Positions 26,144 to 36,988 of a DNA stretch of 64,000 bases are shown here, piece by piece. The DNA comes from a virus (Duplodnaviria > Caudoviricetes). Within the stretch, counting starts at the first letter, position 1; the number at the start of each line of letters is the position of its first letter. The position numbers were made by a program, and so were the translations under genes. The stretch lies in the IMG/VR virus record IMGVR_UViG_3300031418_000007, one strand, 5' to 3'. The notes under the pieces are model-generated. The model saw only the letters and a list, made by a program, of their open reading frames with translations, ran no database searches and had not been told where the DNA came from.

Positions 26144-29100
26144 GCAGCGTGGCGATGTTTCATCAAGCGTTGGTTACGTTCTACCTTGGCTTGTTCAATC
26201 GTGGTATCAATTGTGGTAATACGTTTTGCTTCTTTTGGTAACAGCTTGGTGAGCTTGTTGATCTCGAACTCTAAGCGAGCAGCCAAGATATTGTCGTTGG
26301 TCTTGATGAACTCCTCGGTCAACTTAATAATGCGTTGACGGACTTGGTCGATCATGTCCAGGACTTTGGGATCTTCAAACACGCTCTTCTCACCGCCGTT
26401 TAACAGGTTCTTGGTGCGTGTCAACGCCAAGTGGTGATTAATGCCGTAGTAAGATTTACTGTTACCCACCTTGATAAACCAGTAACTCAACAACCACGCA
26501 ATAACCAAGTCATCGTGACCCTCGATTTCATGGTCGATACGATCGTTCTTGATTTTCAGCGCAATGATCTCGTCAATGAGTTTGTCGTAGTGCAGTCCTG
26601 CTCCGGTATTTGCTACCGCCTCTTGAATAAAGTCGTAGAGCTCTTTACGGGTAGACGCGGTAGTGTTAAAGCCAAAGAACTCCTTGAAGCGAAGATAGAA
26701 CTCTTTGGTGCGACCACCGGCACGGGTGCGTTTCACTTCTTCAAACTGCGAAGCGTACTTAACAGGATCGTTGTAGATGCGGTTAAACATCTTCTTAAAC
26801 GGATCCAGGCCTTTAGCTTGCAGCGTGATCAGCAGCTTATCAATGAAGTGGTGTGCATAGTTACGTTCAATGATCAGCATGCTGTTGTGAATCGATTCTA
26901 ACAGGTCAACCACAATGTCCGCCACATCGTCCAGGAACGCCAGGGGATAACGACCTACTCCGATGGTGTCACCGGTGACAAAGCTGCGCATCACCACGGT
27001 ACAGGCATCCTTGTTGATTGCAGACGAAGTATCCACACCGATGATAACGTGATCGTTGTGGTCAGGACTGCACATCTTCACCAACTCTTCCTTGGTGATA
27101 AAGAAGTCAACATAGAGGTTACTTTCCCGGTACTCTTTGCTCCACACCGCATCCCGCTTGTTATCACTTAACTTTTCACGGGTCACGTCATCAAACAGCC
27201 GGTCTTCACCGTCTTCCACCCACATCAACAGCAAGTCAATCTTGGCCTTGCTAAGCGTCAGCTTCAGTTGGTCAATGGTGCGTGTCACCCAGTCTTTGCT
27301 CTTCCCCAGCTTAAGGTAGTTGTAGATCATCGCCACCGAAGGAGAAGTGGTTTTGGTCGGACTGCGCTTAATGAGTTTGTGCACCAGGTGGCTTTCACTG
27401 AAACAGTCAAAGAACTTCTCACGCCACTCGGTGGAGTTCATGATGTTCTTGTACATGTAGGCGCCGCTTGGGTGTTTGATGGTGTTCGGTGTCGTGATAT
27501 AGTTGATTGCGTACGGCAAACCTTTTTCACGCATGTTCTCCATCTCTGTCAGAGCAGACGGAGTACAGCCGTTGACAATGGACTCGATGTAGTTGATATA
27601 ACCGGGTTCGTCAAAGTTAGTGGTGCCTACCGTAAGACCACGACCCAGGTCACCTGCCGCAGCTTCAGACTGCTGCGGAACCGAGATGGTCAAGACGTTG
27701 GCCTGCCCTTCACCAAAGCTACGGTACGTCAGGTAGTTACCGCTGTCCTTATCCTTGTAGGTGGGGTTAACCAGGTAGCTCGGCATCTGCGTACGGATGT
27801 TCTTGATGGCCTCAATGAACTGCGCACGGTTATCAGACTTCAGCGTCACCAGGTGCGTCTTGTAGCTACGACCCATGATGTAGGTTAACCAAAAGTCAAT
27901 GACCTGCACCGACACCGTGTTGTGTGTTACAATAAAGTCATCAGTGATATAAGTGGAATCATCGTTGTTGACCTCGATACAAACACAAGGACGATCACCC
28001 GAAAATGTCACCTTCTTGACAAACAGGCGGTTTTCATATTGGGGAACTGACTCTTTACGGAAACGGAAATAGGGAACAACATCCGGCAACGTAATGATCA
28101 ATTTCTCGATCTTCTTCTCGTAACGTGCAGTACCGCCCAGACTCCGCACCAGATACTGGAGTTGACGCATCCCCACCGTATCTTTGGATTTCAACAAGAT
28201 ACCGTCACGACCCACTTCACCCAGCGTATCCAGTACACCGTGCAGCAGCTCCTGGCGTGTTTCCAGATTGGAGTCCAACAGGTTAGTGGGCAAACCCAGA
28301 TCATTGTTGATTTCGAAGTTGACTCCATCAGTGCGGAAGATGTGAACAACACCGTCAGCCCACTTAACCTTGAAGCGATGGTCGGTATCCCGGTCTAACA
28401 GCGCCTGAATGTCCCCTACATGCTCTTCATTTACATTGGGTAATGGAATGCTTGCCACCGAACCCTCTGCGTTGAGAAACGCACCCATGAGGTATCCCAG
28501 GCGGTCACGCGCTTTGCGGCTGTTCTCTAGGTTTTCAATCAGGGGAATCTCAATAGGGTCCAGATCATACTGCTTGTTTTTCATCAGATCCAGGAAGTAG
28601 GCGGTAGTGGTTTCACTCCAGCTCTCTTCACCGCAATCTGCTTTGGTGCGGTAACGCCACACGTGGTCAGTAGCAGCACGGGTTTTACGGCCGTCACTCA
28701 TTTCCACTTCATAAGTACGGAGGTAGCCCTGTGGCCAAACACCATTAACCAGGGTTTCTTCACCATGGGGGTCAATGATGGTGTCACCGGTTTTAATGTC
28801 ACCCAGCTCTTTCCACACCGGGTCGGAATGCAACTCTTGCTTGACGCGGATCTTGCTCTTAACGTCCTGGGCTTTACCCTGCTGACGCGGCATGATGTTG
28901 TAGGTGGTGACGTGATTCAGGTAAGTCCAGATAAAGGAGACGTTACCACGGTTAGCCTTAAACGGCTGGTCAGCTTTTAACCACAACACTTCACGCAGAC
29001 AATACCAGAAGTTCTCTTTGCATTCGTTGTGAATCCAGACCTTTTGCTCATTGCTGAGATTAGCTTCATCACGGGGGTTGACACCGATCAGAGCGGGGTT

Positions 29101-29430
29101 GTTGATCTGGAGGATAAAGTAATAGTTCTTGATGCCCTGTAAGCGGAACAGGTCAGCAGTACGCCGGAAGCTTTCGTTCTTTGTTGAAATATCGGGCTGG
29201 GCTTTATAGTGAAAGAAATCTTTCAGAAAGCGAACAGTTTTAATGCCGTGCAAACTGTCTTCGCGAAAATGTTGCAATAATACATCGTCATCACTTTTCT
29301 TTTCAGTGTCAATCTCTTGACGCACATCGTCCACAAAGTACTTTGGGAGCTTTTCAATTCCCAGATACGCCTGCAAGTCTGCAGCCATCTCTAATTCTTT
29401 CATTTCTGTAGCAAACATATCTCTGTCCAT
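26140..29430 (-). CDS. terL: Terminase large subunit containing an intein
   Basis: Walker A PRQQGK|T split by the intein; Walker B-like NFDEPG; nuclease IIGVDTS, IIERN and HDDLVIA motifs. Confidence 0.9.
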   Translation of the reverse strand: MDRDMFATEMKELEMAADLQAYLGIEKLPKYFVDDVRQEIDTEKKSDDDVLLQHFREDSLHGIKTVRFLKDFFHYKAQPDISTKNESFRRTADLFRLQGIKNYYFILQINNPALIGVNPRDEANLSNEQKVWIHNECKENFWYCLREVLWLKADQPFKANRGNVSFIWTYLNHVTTYNIMPRQQGKAQDVKSKIRVKQELHSDPVWKELGDIKTGDTIIDPHGEETLVNGVWPQGYLRTYEVEMSDGRKTRAATDHVWRYRTKADCGEESWSETTTAYFLDLMKNKQYDLDPIEIPLIENLENSRKARDRLGYLMGAFLNAEGSVASIPLPNVNEEHVGDIQALLDRDTDHRFKVKWADGVVHIFRTDGVNFEINNDLGLPTNLLDSNLETRQELLHGVLDTLGEVGRDGILLKSKDTVGMRQLQYLVRSLGGTARYEKKIEKLIITLPDVVPYFRFRKESVPQYENRLFVKKVTFSGDRPCVCIEVNNDDSTYITDDFIVTHNTVSVQVIDFWLTYIMGRSYKTHLVTLKSDNRAQFIEAIKNIRTQMPSYLVNPTYKDKDSGNYLTYRSFGEGQANVLTISVPQQSEAAAGDLGRGLTVGTTNFDEPGYINYIESIVNGCTPSALTEMENMREKGLPYAINYITTPNTIKHPSGAYMYKNIMNSTEWREKFFDCFSESHLVHKLIKRSPTKTTSPSVAMIYNYLKLGKSKDWVTRTIDQLKLTLSKAKIDLLLMWVEDGEDRLFDDVTREKLSDNKRDAVWSKEYRESNLYVDFFITKEELVKMCSPDHNDHVIIGVDTSSAINKDACTVVMRSFVTGDTIGVGRYPLAFLDDVADIVVDLLESIHNSMLIIERNYAHHFIDKLLITLQAKGLDPFKKMFNRIYNDPVKYASQFEEVKRTRAGGRTKEFYLRFKEFFGFNTTASTRKELYDFIQEAVANTGAGLHYDKLIDEIIALKIKNDRIDHEIEGHDDLVIAWLLSYWFIKVGNSKSYYGINHHLALTRTKNLLNGGEKSVFEDPKVLDMIDQVRQRIIKLTEEFIKTNDNILAARLEFEINKLTKLLPKEAKRITTIDTTIEQAKVERNQRLMKHRHAA
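27919..28872 (-). mobile_element. Class 3 intein (318 aa) with a LAGLIDADG homing-endonuclease domain
   Basis: Starts with Ala (GK|AQD); block B TDHVW, block F CVCIEV, block G VTHN|T (W-C-T triad); LAGLIDADG-like LMGAFLNAEG and LLHGVLDTLG; block H LQYLVRSLG. Confidence 0.88.
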
Positions 29431-29439
29431 AAAAAGAAT

Positions 29440-29465
29440 AAGGTTACGGCGTACGCCGTAACCTT
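29440..29465 (-). terminator. Intrinsic terminator
   Basis: AAGGTTACGGC-GTAC-GCCGTAACCTT plus a T-run on the minus strand. Confidence 0.7.
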
Positions 29466-29470
29466 AGAGT

Positions 29471-31195
29471 TTAGGAAGCGAGATCTACAGTAACACCCGT
29501 CATAGCCAACTGCTTTTCACTGCCGTTAGCGTCTTTCTGTGCCCAGCAAAGCAACAGAGTCTGTCCCTTGGCCTGTGCAGCACCAATGGTAAGATCTTTG
29601 TTCCAATCTGTCAGCGACAGCGGGAAGCGCTTACCGTCCTGCAACATCACGTACACGATGTTCGGGGTAGGTGCTTTCTCTTCGTTCCAAACATCATAGC
29701 TCGGCTGAACAGACCAGTACAGCGCCTGTAACCAGTCATCGAACTTGGTATAACCGTTGGTAAGGTTAACCTTGGTCGTTGCACCTGCGTTGGTGGTTTT
29801 GGCGAACAGTGCGTCATAGACAGGTTTGTCTTGTGAGTACTGAACGCCCCAGCGCTTGTCAGGACCGTTGACATCTTTATAGAGAACGATTGACGTGTCT
29901 TGTTTATAGATCGTCGCGTTATATTCAGGGCTGACATCTTTAAGGATTAAGTTAAAGGTCAGGTCCTGTAACGTGTTGTACGACTTAGGTTTGAACGGAG
30001 GTGAACTCTCATTCAAGGTCACCACGTCGGTGACTTCCACGTATGCCTTACGCAACAGGTCATACATGAAGTGGCGCAACATCCACTGGCTGGCTTTGCT
30101 ATCCCAGCACGGATAGGTGTAGATCTTCGGCGCATACGCACCTTCAACCGCACCGGCTACCAGCTGGTACACACGGGTCTTGCGACCGTCTTGTCCAGGT
30201 TGAGCCAGATAGAACTGCTCATCATCAGACAGCGTGTAAACCAGGCTCAGTTCAGCACTCTGCCCTGGTGCATGCGGACGGTATTCATCCACGCCCAGCA
30301 GTTTGAACTTGTTGCCGTTGACGGGCAGATCAACCACATCACCGTTGCTGTAGTGCGCCAACGCACGGAACTCGATACCGTTGAGCGGAGTCGTGATCGG
30401 GATGATCATTTTGTCCGGGTCATTGATATCGGTGAACCAGGCAGACACCAGCTCGATGTCCAGCAGATAACGAATACCCTTTTCACGGTTACGCAAGTAG
30501 GAACTGTGTTGCACCACAATGCGTTGTGTAGGGGTAATCACCATGTCGCCCTGGTCAAAGAACACCAGCGTACAACGTGAGCCGTTTGGTAAGCCGTCAG
30601 CGTTACGCGTAACACTGAAGCTGTCTGTGGTCATTACCGATTTGTTGGTGTAGTTGTTGATAGCCGCCAGCATGGTAGGGATTTGATTCGATACCATGTT
30701 AGCTGACTTATCATACACCGCAGAGATGATCACACCGCCATTATCGGGATCGATGTTGTCACCCAGGAACAGCAGTGCGTAAGCCGCACCCGGACGCATA
30801 ATGGTGGAGTCGATGCGCGCACGGTTTGGACGCACGGCGTAGTCCACGCCCATGATTCCCTCGCCGTTTAACGGACCGCCTTTCTCACCAAAGATCGCAT
30901 CCTGATCTTCTGTGGTTTCACCTTCATCACTGAAGACCGTGGCTCTGCGCAATTCAGACTTGTTCTGGTAAACCTTGTAAACAAAGTACCAGACCAGCAC
31001 CGTACCTTGCAGATCCCACACTAACCAACCTTCTTTAGGAACCACGTATTTGTCAAAGTCCGCGGCAGGCATGGTGTCTGGATCCCAGACGTTGCCAATC
31101 CAGAGGATGTTTTTACGCAATCCACTGGCAGCCTCAGAAATGTCAGTCGCTCCGGCAGCACGGTTGTTTTGAGTAATAGGAGTATTATCAAACAT
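29471..31195 (-). CDS. Virion structural (baseplate) protein (574 aa)
   Basis: Beta-rich; lies between terL and the sheath as in phiKZ gp26-27 gene order. Confidence 0.65.
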   Translation of the reverse strand: MFDNTPITQNNRAAGATDISEAASGLRKNILWIGNVWDPDTMPAADFDKYVVPKEGWLVWDLQGTVLVWYFVYKVYQNKSELRRATVFSDEGETTEDQDAIFGEKGGPLNGEGIMGVDYAVRPNRARIDSTIMRPGAAYALLFLGDNIDPDNGGVIISAVYDKSANMVSNQIPTMLAAINNYTNKSVMTTDSFSVTRNADGLPNGSRCTLVFFDQGDMVITPTQRIVVQHSSYLRNREKGIRYLLDIELVSAWFTDINDPDKMIIPITTPLNGIEFRALAHYSNGDVVDLPVNGNKFKLLGVDEYRPHAPGQSAELSLVYTLSDDEQFYLAQPGQDGRKTRVYQLVAGAVEGAYAPKIYTYPCWDSKASQWMLRHFMYDLLRKAYVEVTDVVTLNESSPPFKPKSYNTLQDLTFNLILKDVSPEYNATIYKQDTSIVLYKDVNGPDKRWGVQYSQDKPVYDALFAKTTNAGATTKVNLTNGYTKFDDWLQALYWSVQPSYDVWNEEKAPTPNIVYVMLQDGKRFPLSLTDWNKDLTIGAAQAKGQTLLLCWAQKDANGSEKQLAMTGVTVDLAS

Positions 31196-33797
31196 TGTGA
31201 CTTACCTCGAAATAACCCTCAATGCTCAGCTCGCTGCGCAGGTAAAGGTCATTGACTTGTTTAAGGAACGTGAATTCATTGCTCTTCACGACCAGGGTTT
31301 CTTGATTCGCGTACGGCAAGATCCCAAAGTAACGACGATCGTAGTTCAGCACAATGGGGTCATAGGACAACCACCACTTGTAAATCCCCACGAGATCACT
31401 CACCACTTGATCACTGTAGAACTCTTGGTCCGCTGGCTTGTCCGGCACCACCAACACACCATTATTAATGGCATTGGCAACGACGTTCATAAACGGACTG
31501 TACAGCAACCATTTCTCTGGCATGTTGTAGTCCACGGAGATCGCGGGCTTTTCAGCATACTCAGTGAGGTAGTCGATGACGCGTTTGTCGGTTTCACGAC
31601 TGCGCTGGTACAGATAATGAAAGTCAAAGTCCTTGACGTTCTTCACCGGGGTATAGGTGTGTTTCACCATATACGGTAAACCGTTCAGCGGGTAGCTGTA
31701 GTCATCCGGTGTATCTGTTTCGGCTGTTTTAAGCTCGTCCAACAACATGAGTTTGCCACCCACCACGATACGCGTTGCGCGGTCCTCACGGATGTTGTAA
31801 CGTGCCTGGTTACCAATCACTCCCCCTTCTACATAACCCAGCTCTAGCTCCTGCTTAGGCTTTGTCATGTCAGCGTGTTGACCCACGCAGCGAACGATGA
31901 TCTTTTGCGGTCCCTTTACCAGGAACTGCTTGTTGTTGATAAAGATCAGACGACCACGGAACAGCCAGTCTACTTCATCAATCAACGGGTGATCGTTTAA
32001 CCATACGTCGATCTGAGCAAAGTTAATCGGAAGATTACCCAACACCTTCTCATAAAGATCGTCCAGGCTAAAGCACAGGGAATGGTCCAGATGGTCCAGC
32101 TCAAATTCGTGACACAGGAATTGGTCGTCAAACACCACGATGCCGCGCTGGTTAATCCGGTCCAGTTTATCCCACACCAGTGTCTTGCCTTCCATGTGAT
32201 AGAAGTCAGTACCGGTACGCAGTGTCAGGGGACCCACAATCTGTGCCGTGACAAAACTGTATGCCGAGGAATAGACGTGGAACTCGGCAGTAGTAGGAAG
32301 ATCAACCGGATCATTTGCGACGATGTAGTTCAAACCACGTGCCGGCTTGCCGTAGGTAAACTCCAGCTTAGCGCAGTTCGCAAACTTAGGAATCAGGTAA
32401 GAAGAACCCGACCGCCAGTAATAACCCAGCAGCTTGCCCTGAGCGTCATATTCCCACACCGTACTGGTTTCCTGATAAGTAGGAGGGATCAACACCCCAC
32501 GACTGTCAGCAGGATAATCGGCGGCAATAGGCGTCGCGCTAATGGCCAGTGTTTCGGCGTTATAACCCAGTGCCATGTTAACGCTTTCCGCAGTGATATC
32601 TTTCCACTGTGAACGCATAAACGACATCACCGGACCACTTTCCAATTCTGGTGCTGACCACTCAGGCATAACCGAACGCTCACCCGTAAACGCTTTCATG
32701 ATGTTGGCATCACTTAAACGGTACAGATGATGAAGACGCTGGTGCTCCCAAGGCAGATCAATCGTCCAGTTGGTTTTACGCTGTAACACCATGATCTTGG
32801 CAGTGCTGATATCGCGCAGCGAGGCCAGGGCTTCCATGTGACCTTTTAACTGACTCACACTGATAGCCACGTCGACATGGGTTAATTGACGACACGCCGA
32901 CTCAACGTTACGGTGGTAATAAACACCGTCGCCGTTACCGTCTACAAAGTAATAATCATTGTCATCAAACCAACGCACCTGGAAACTGCCGTCTTTCGGA
33001 GGGTGCAGAATAAACTTACGCTGCTTGTCCAAATCCGAATAGTAGTCTTTGAGATCCGCGTAGTTGTAGTAGAGCACACGTTCCACGGTAGGATCGTGCC
33101 AGAACTCAACCAAATCACCCACGCTTAATTCTGTGGGTTCGGGAAATTGTTTGCGGTAGATCCCGTTGACAAACACCCCGGTAAATCCAGCCCGCCCTTT
33201 TACGGTTGCAAAGCGCAACTTAAAGCGAGCATATTCGGTGGTGTTTTCATAGGACATGCTTTCCATGACGTAGGGATTACCTTCATCATTCATTGCCGCT
33301 TCTGACCGGGTAATATCCAGATCAGTGCTGTAGCACCGGAAGTGCATGTCGTCGTTTACCGTGATAGGAAAAACGCTCATCTGCTCGAAAGCAACCAGCA
33401 CTAATCCATCTTGCGTAAACAGTACCCAGGTTTTGGTGCGGGGGTATTGCTTGCCCAAACCCGTGTAGAAATCCAGCTGAACACCACGACGTTTGGCAAT
33501 GACCGAGGCATTGGTCCAGACGTTGAAAGGGTTCTGAGTTTTAAAACGCGCACCTAAGTTCCAGATACCAGGATGCGTGCCGGTCACTGAATAGATATGA
33601 AAGCGTTTATTCACCAGAGGTGTTTTACGCCAACTACCCATGTAGCCAAAACTGTTGATAGCGCCGATGTCAGGCGTGACCCGCCACATCTTTACCTGGA
33701 ACTGCTTGTCGTTCTCAGGGTTCGCCCACAGCGCACGCACCGCATAATCCATGGCAGGGTTAAACGGCGTAGCGCCTAAAGCAGTTGTCTGTGCCAT
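31188..33797 (-). CDS. Virion structural (baseplate) protein (869 aa)
   Basis: Size and gene order. Confidence 0.65.
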   Translation of the reverse strand: MAQTTALGATPFNPAMDYAVRALWANPENDKQFQVKMWRVTPDIGAINSFGYMGSWRKTPLVNKRFHIYSVTGTHPGIWNLGARFKTQNPFNVWTNASVIAKRRGVQLDFYTGLGKQYPRTKTWVLFTQDGLVLVAFEQMSVFPITVNDDMHFRCYSTDLDITRSEAAMNDEGNPYVMESMSYENTTEYARFKLRFATVKGRAGFTGVFVNGIYRKQFPEPTELSVGDLVEFWHDPTVERVLYYNYADLKDYYSDLDKQRKFILHPPKDGSFQVRWFDDNDYYFVDGNGDGVYYHRNVESACRQLTHVDVAISVSQLKGHMEALASLRDISTAKIMVLQRKTNWTIDLPWEHQRLHHLYRLSDANIMKAFTGERSVMPEWSAPELESGPVMSFMRSQWKDITAESVNMALGYNAETLAISATPIAADYPADSRGVLIPPTYQETSTVWEYDAQGKLLGYYWRSGSSYLIPKFANCAKLEFTYGKPARGLNYIVANDPVDLPTTAEFHVYSSAYSFVTAQIVGPLTLRTGTDFYHMEGKTLVWDKLDRINQRGIVVFDDQFLCHEFELDHLDHSLCFSLDDLYEKVLGNLPINFAQIDVWLNDHPLIDEVDWLFRGRLIFINNKQFLVKGPQKIIVRCVGQHADMTKPKQELELGYVEGGVIGNQARYNIREDRATRIVVGGKLMLLDELKTAETDTPDDYSYPLNGLPYMVKHTYTPVKNVKDFDFHYLYQRSRETDKRVIDYLTEYAEKPAISVDYNMPEKWLLYSPFMNVVANAINNGVLVVPDKPADQEFYSDQVVSDLVGIYKWWLSYDPIVLNYDRRYFGILPYANQETLVVKSNEFTFLKQVNDLYLRSELSIEGYFEVSHNV

Positions 33798-33807
33798 GGC
33801 TGATACC

Positions 33808-34692
33808 TTAGTTCACAGGAGAGAGGTCGTAGTTATACGAAATAGTCCGTAGAAATTCGTCCACTAACTCGCGGTTATATTTCGGGTCAAGCTGCGTGCC
33901 GATAGGGGTTTTGGAATACAGTTTGTTTTTGCAAGCAGCATAAACGAAACCGATCATCAGGTACGGATGCTCGAGTGCAACCGCCACAACCTTTTTACCT
34001 ACACCAATAAAGCTCAGCGTTTGACCCACAGAGATAAACTCCATCAGGGTTACGTTCTTCAGCTTAAACAGGGAAGGTTCGGTTTTAATCGCATTCACGA
34101 CCGCAGCAGAGTTGGCCAGGAAACCAATGTCATCGATGATGCGTTGACTGAAGTTATTGTCAATGCGGAACACCGTTTTAATCGCGTTGGCGCTGATGTA
34201 ACCCGTCTCGTCTGATTCACCCTCAAACAAACAGTTGATGTAGTGACCCAGTACGATTTGCAGTGTTTGACGTTCTTCAAGATCCAGGCCTTTATTAAAG
34301 CCCAGCTTATCCGCCAGTCCGCCAGCAATAGCTTTCATGCAGATGAACTTGCTAGAGAGCAGAATAGAACGACTGCCTTCAATAACATCCTGCTGAGTGT
34401 ATGCTGTCAAACGAATGATGTTCAGTTCAGTTTCGCTGATAACCTTGTTATTTTTATCGCGATAAGGACGCTCATCATAAATGGTGATGTTACGCTTGTC
34501 ATAACCTGACAAGGTAATCGGAAGAGGGAAGATAGGGATATCCATGCCGTTGGTGTTATTAATGCTAAACACATTGGGCTTGGTAGTGGGAACCAAATCA
34601 TTACGCAAAGCCAGCGTTTTGATAACGTCCTCAATACGGTCCTGGATTTTTAACGGTTTCCCTATCAGGGTATCATAACCGTTGATAGACAT
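33808..34692 (-). CDS. Conserved structural-module protein (start MSING)
   Basis: AGGAG RBS before ATG 34692; divergent from the sheath gene. Confidence 0.65.
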   Translation of the reverse strand: MSINGYDTLIGKPLKIQDRIEDVIKTLALRNDLVPTTKPNVFSINNTNGMDIPIFPLPITLSGYDKRNITIYDERPYRDKNNKVISETELNIIRLTAYTQQDVIEGSRSILLSSKFICMKAIAGGLADKLGFNKGLDLEERQTLQIVLGHYINCLFEGESDETGYISANAIKTVFRIDNNFSQRIIDDIGFLANSAAVVNAIKTEPSLFKLKNVTLMEFISVGQTLSFIGVGKKVVAVALEHPYLMIGFVYAACKNKLYSKTPIGTQLDPKYNRELVDEFLRTISYNYDLSPVN

Positions 34693-34828
34693 GGGAACTC
34701 TCCTAAATAGAATGTTATGTGCCATGAAATAACACAAGTGTAAGGTCTATAAGCTATTACATACGATTGTTTTCTGGTAAACGTCGACGCGTATTTTTTG
34801 ATCAAAAAATCCTTATGAGGTATATTCG

Positions 34829-36970
34829 ATGACTACGACTACTTCCGTCGTACCGGGTAAGGTGTTGAATAACGGCATTCGTGATATCAGTATCCCTGAT
34901 TATCAGGCCGTTTCACCATCTACCCCTATCCATCTTCCGGTGGTCCATATGGTCACACCGAAGGGTGAATTGGGTACCCAGTTCGTTCCACTTTCTCAGA
35001 TCACCAGCCGTTTCGGTAATCTGTTCAAAGATAATTCCCTGTATTACAACCCGAACGCCGTGTTGCTGAAACAGCTGGCACTGGGCGGTCAGGCACGTAC
35101 CGGTCTGCGTCGTTTAACAGCGAACACCAAAGTTGCGCGTATTCCTCTTTCCGCCTATGTGCAGAAAAAGTCTATGCCGACTTACGAGCGCGATTCCACC
35201 GGTCAGTTCAAGATCGACAAAGACGGTAACCGCATTCCGCTGGGCACGCAGGAAAAACTGTTTATCTCGATCAAGATCGACGATACCGCAGCCGCTACCA
35301 ATCCAGGTGAACTGAAAGCGCGCACCATCGCAGGTGCAACAGAAGCGGATCCAGAAACTCACGTTCTCCCGCTGTTTGAACTGCCGGCTGGCGTAGGCGA
35401 TGCCTACAACAAAAACGGTATCAACTTCGGCGTGTACGGCACTAACCTGAACTGGCAGAACATTGCAAAGTTCGTGGCAAACACCGGCGTGTATCCGTTC
35501 AACCTGCGTATGTTCGAAACCACTGATGCTGGCATCCGTGCGTATTCCAACACAGTAAACGGTGGTGACACCGCACAGCTGACTCTGTTTGATGCAGAGT
35601 ACAACGATACCAAGTATTCCCTGAAGCGCGGTGTTCAGGCGTTTACCGGTCGTATCACCAGCGACACCGATGAGCTGCGTCCTACGCCGTTCAAAGAGCC
35701 GATCGTCTATCAGGACAATATCGAGCTGCTGGCTCAGATGATGTATGCTGTTGAGAAACCGCTGAACACCAACCTGATCGACAATGGCGCATATTCGTAT
35801 CGCCAGATGAACCCGTTCACCTGCCAAGATCATACCGGTGTTCCGTACTTCGGTGCTGAAACTGATGTGGTTGTGCAGTGGGACATGAGCTTTGCTATCC
35901 AAGCCCAGTTCGGTATCTCTCCGTTCCTGGACGACGATGGTAAAGTGCCAAGCTACATCACCCAGACTAAACTGCCTGACCCGTTCAACATCCTGGGTAA
36001 TGCAGTGCAGCCAATGACTCAGGCGCAAGCCTGGGAAATCAACGACAAGTTGACGCTGGCTGACCTGACCGTGTACATCGCGTCTTCTGAACAACAGAAC
36101 GTGATGATTAACCGTCAGAGCATCTGGTGGGACGTTGGCTATTCCATGGAAGTCAAAGAAAAGGCGGCTGAACTGCTGGGTGTTCGTAAAGACATCTACG
36201 TAGCATTCTGCGGTTCTGTCTGGACTCCGGGTAGCTACAACGAAGTAGCGGATATCTATTCGCGTGTTACACAGATCACTTCCATTGCTCGTCTCTTCCC
36301 AGAGTCTGAGAAATGGGGTACGGCGTCTTGCCGCTTCTCTGTGAACAAAATCGAAGCGATTCCAAACAGCGAAGACAACGACTGGCCAATGTCTGGTAAC
36401 CTGGATCTGGCACAGAAGTGGGCGCAAGCTGGCGGTAACGAAGAAGGCATCTTCAAAGTGTCTATGTCTCCAGACCACGGTGATTACCGTATCATGGATA
36501 CCATGCACTCTCCGAACATCACGTTCGAAGAAGACCTGATTTCTGCCAACGGTCTGCTGATGGGTGCCATCACCCTGCGTCCATACGACAGCGGTCGTTT
36601 CTTCCGTCCTGCGCTGCCAACCGGCTACGCAACGTCTATCGATTCCGTGATTAAAGATCAGGTTCCTGTAATGATCTGTATCGCCATCGAAAAGATCGCG
36701 CAGAGCAAATGGGGTCTGGTGTGCAGTGACACCACTCTCAGCGAAGAGAACTACGCTGCCCTGGTGAAAGATGCCATTGAACGTGATGTCCGTGACAACC
36801 TCGGTGGTTACGTGCGCTGTAACGTGGTAGTTCAGCCTGTGGAAAATGTTCAGGGTGGCGAAGCGGTCATGAAAGTCGTTGCGTACTGTGGCTTCAACAA
36901 AGCTAAGTACATGATGGAATTCGATCTGTTCGCGGACAACGTTACCAACTTCACCGCCGACGCGGCATAA
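34829..36970 (+). CDS. Tail sheath protein
   Basis: 713 aa with very strong codon bias, followed by a ~300-aa tube gene; phiKZ gp29-like position. Confidence 0.85.
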   Translation: MTTTTSVVPGKVLNNGIRDISIPDYQAVSPSTPIHLPVVHMVTPKGELGTQFVPLSQITSRFGNLFKDNSLYYNPNAVLLKQLALGGQARTGLRRLTANTKVARIPLSAYVQKKSMPTYERDSTGQFKIDKDGNRIPLGTQEKLFISIKIDDTAAATNPGELKARTIAGATEADPETHVLPLFELPAGVGDAYNKNGINFGVYGTNLNWQNIAKFVANTGVYPFNLRMFETTDAGIRAYSNTVNGGDTAQLTLFDAEYNDTKYSLKRGVQAFTGRITSDTDELRPTPFKEPIVYQDNIELLAQMMYAVEKPLNTNLIDNGAYSYRQMNPFTCQDHTGVPYFGAETDVVVQWDMSFAIQAQFGISPFLDDDGKVPSYITQTKLPDPFNILGNAVQPMTQAQAWEINDKLTLADLTVYIASSEQQNVMINRQSIWWDVGYSMEVKEKAAELLGVRKDIYVAFCGSVWTPGSYNEVADIYSRVTQITSIARLFPESEKWGTASCRFSVNKIEAIPNSEDNDWPMSGNLDLAQKWAQAGGNEEGIFKVSMSPDHGDYRIMDTMHSPNITFEEDLISANGLLMGAITLRPYDSGRFFRPALPTGYATSIDSVIKDQVPVMICIAIEKIAQSKWGLVCSDTTLSEENYAALVKDAIERDVRDNLGGYVRCNVVVQPVENVQGGEAVMKVVAYCGFNKAKYMMEFDLFADNVTNFTADAA

Positions 36971-36988
36971 GGATAAAGGGAAACTGTT

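Noticed and set aside
34814-34817. TATG late-promoter motifs (also 20091, 21011, 10804, 61953)
   Set aside because: Positions are plausible, but a 4-mer is too frequent in AT-rich spacers to call without TSS data.
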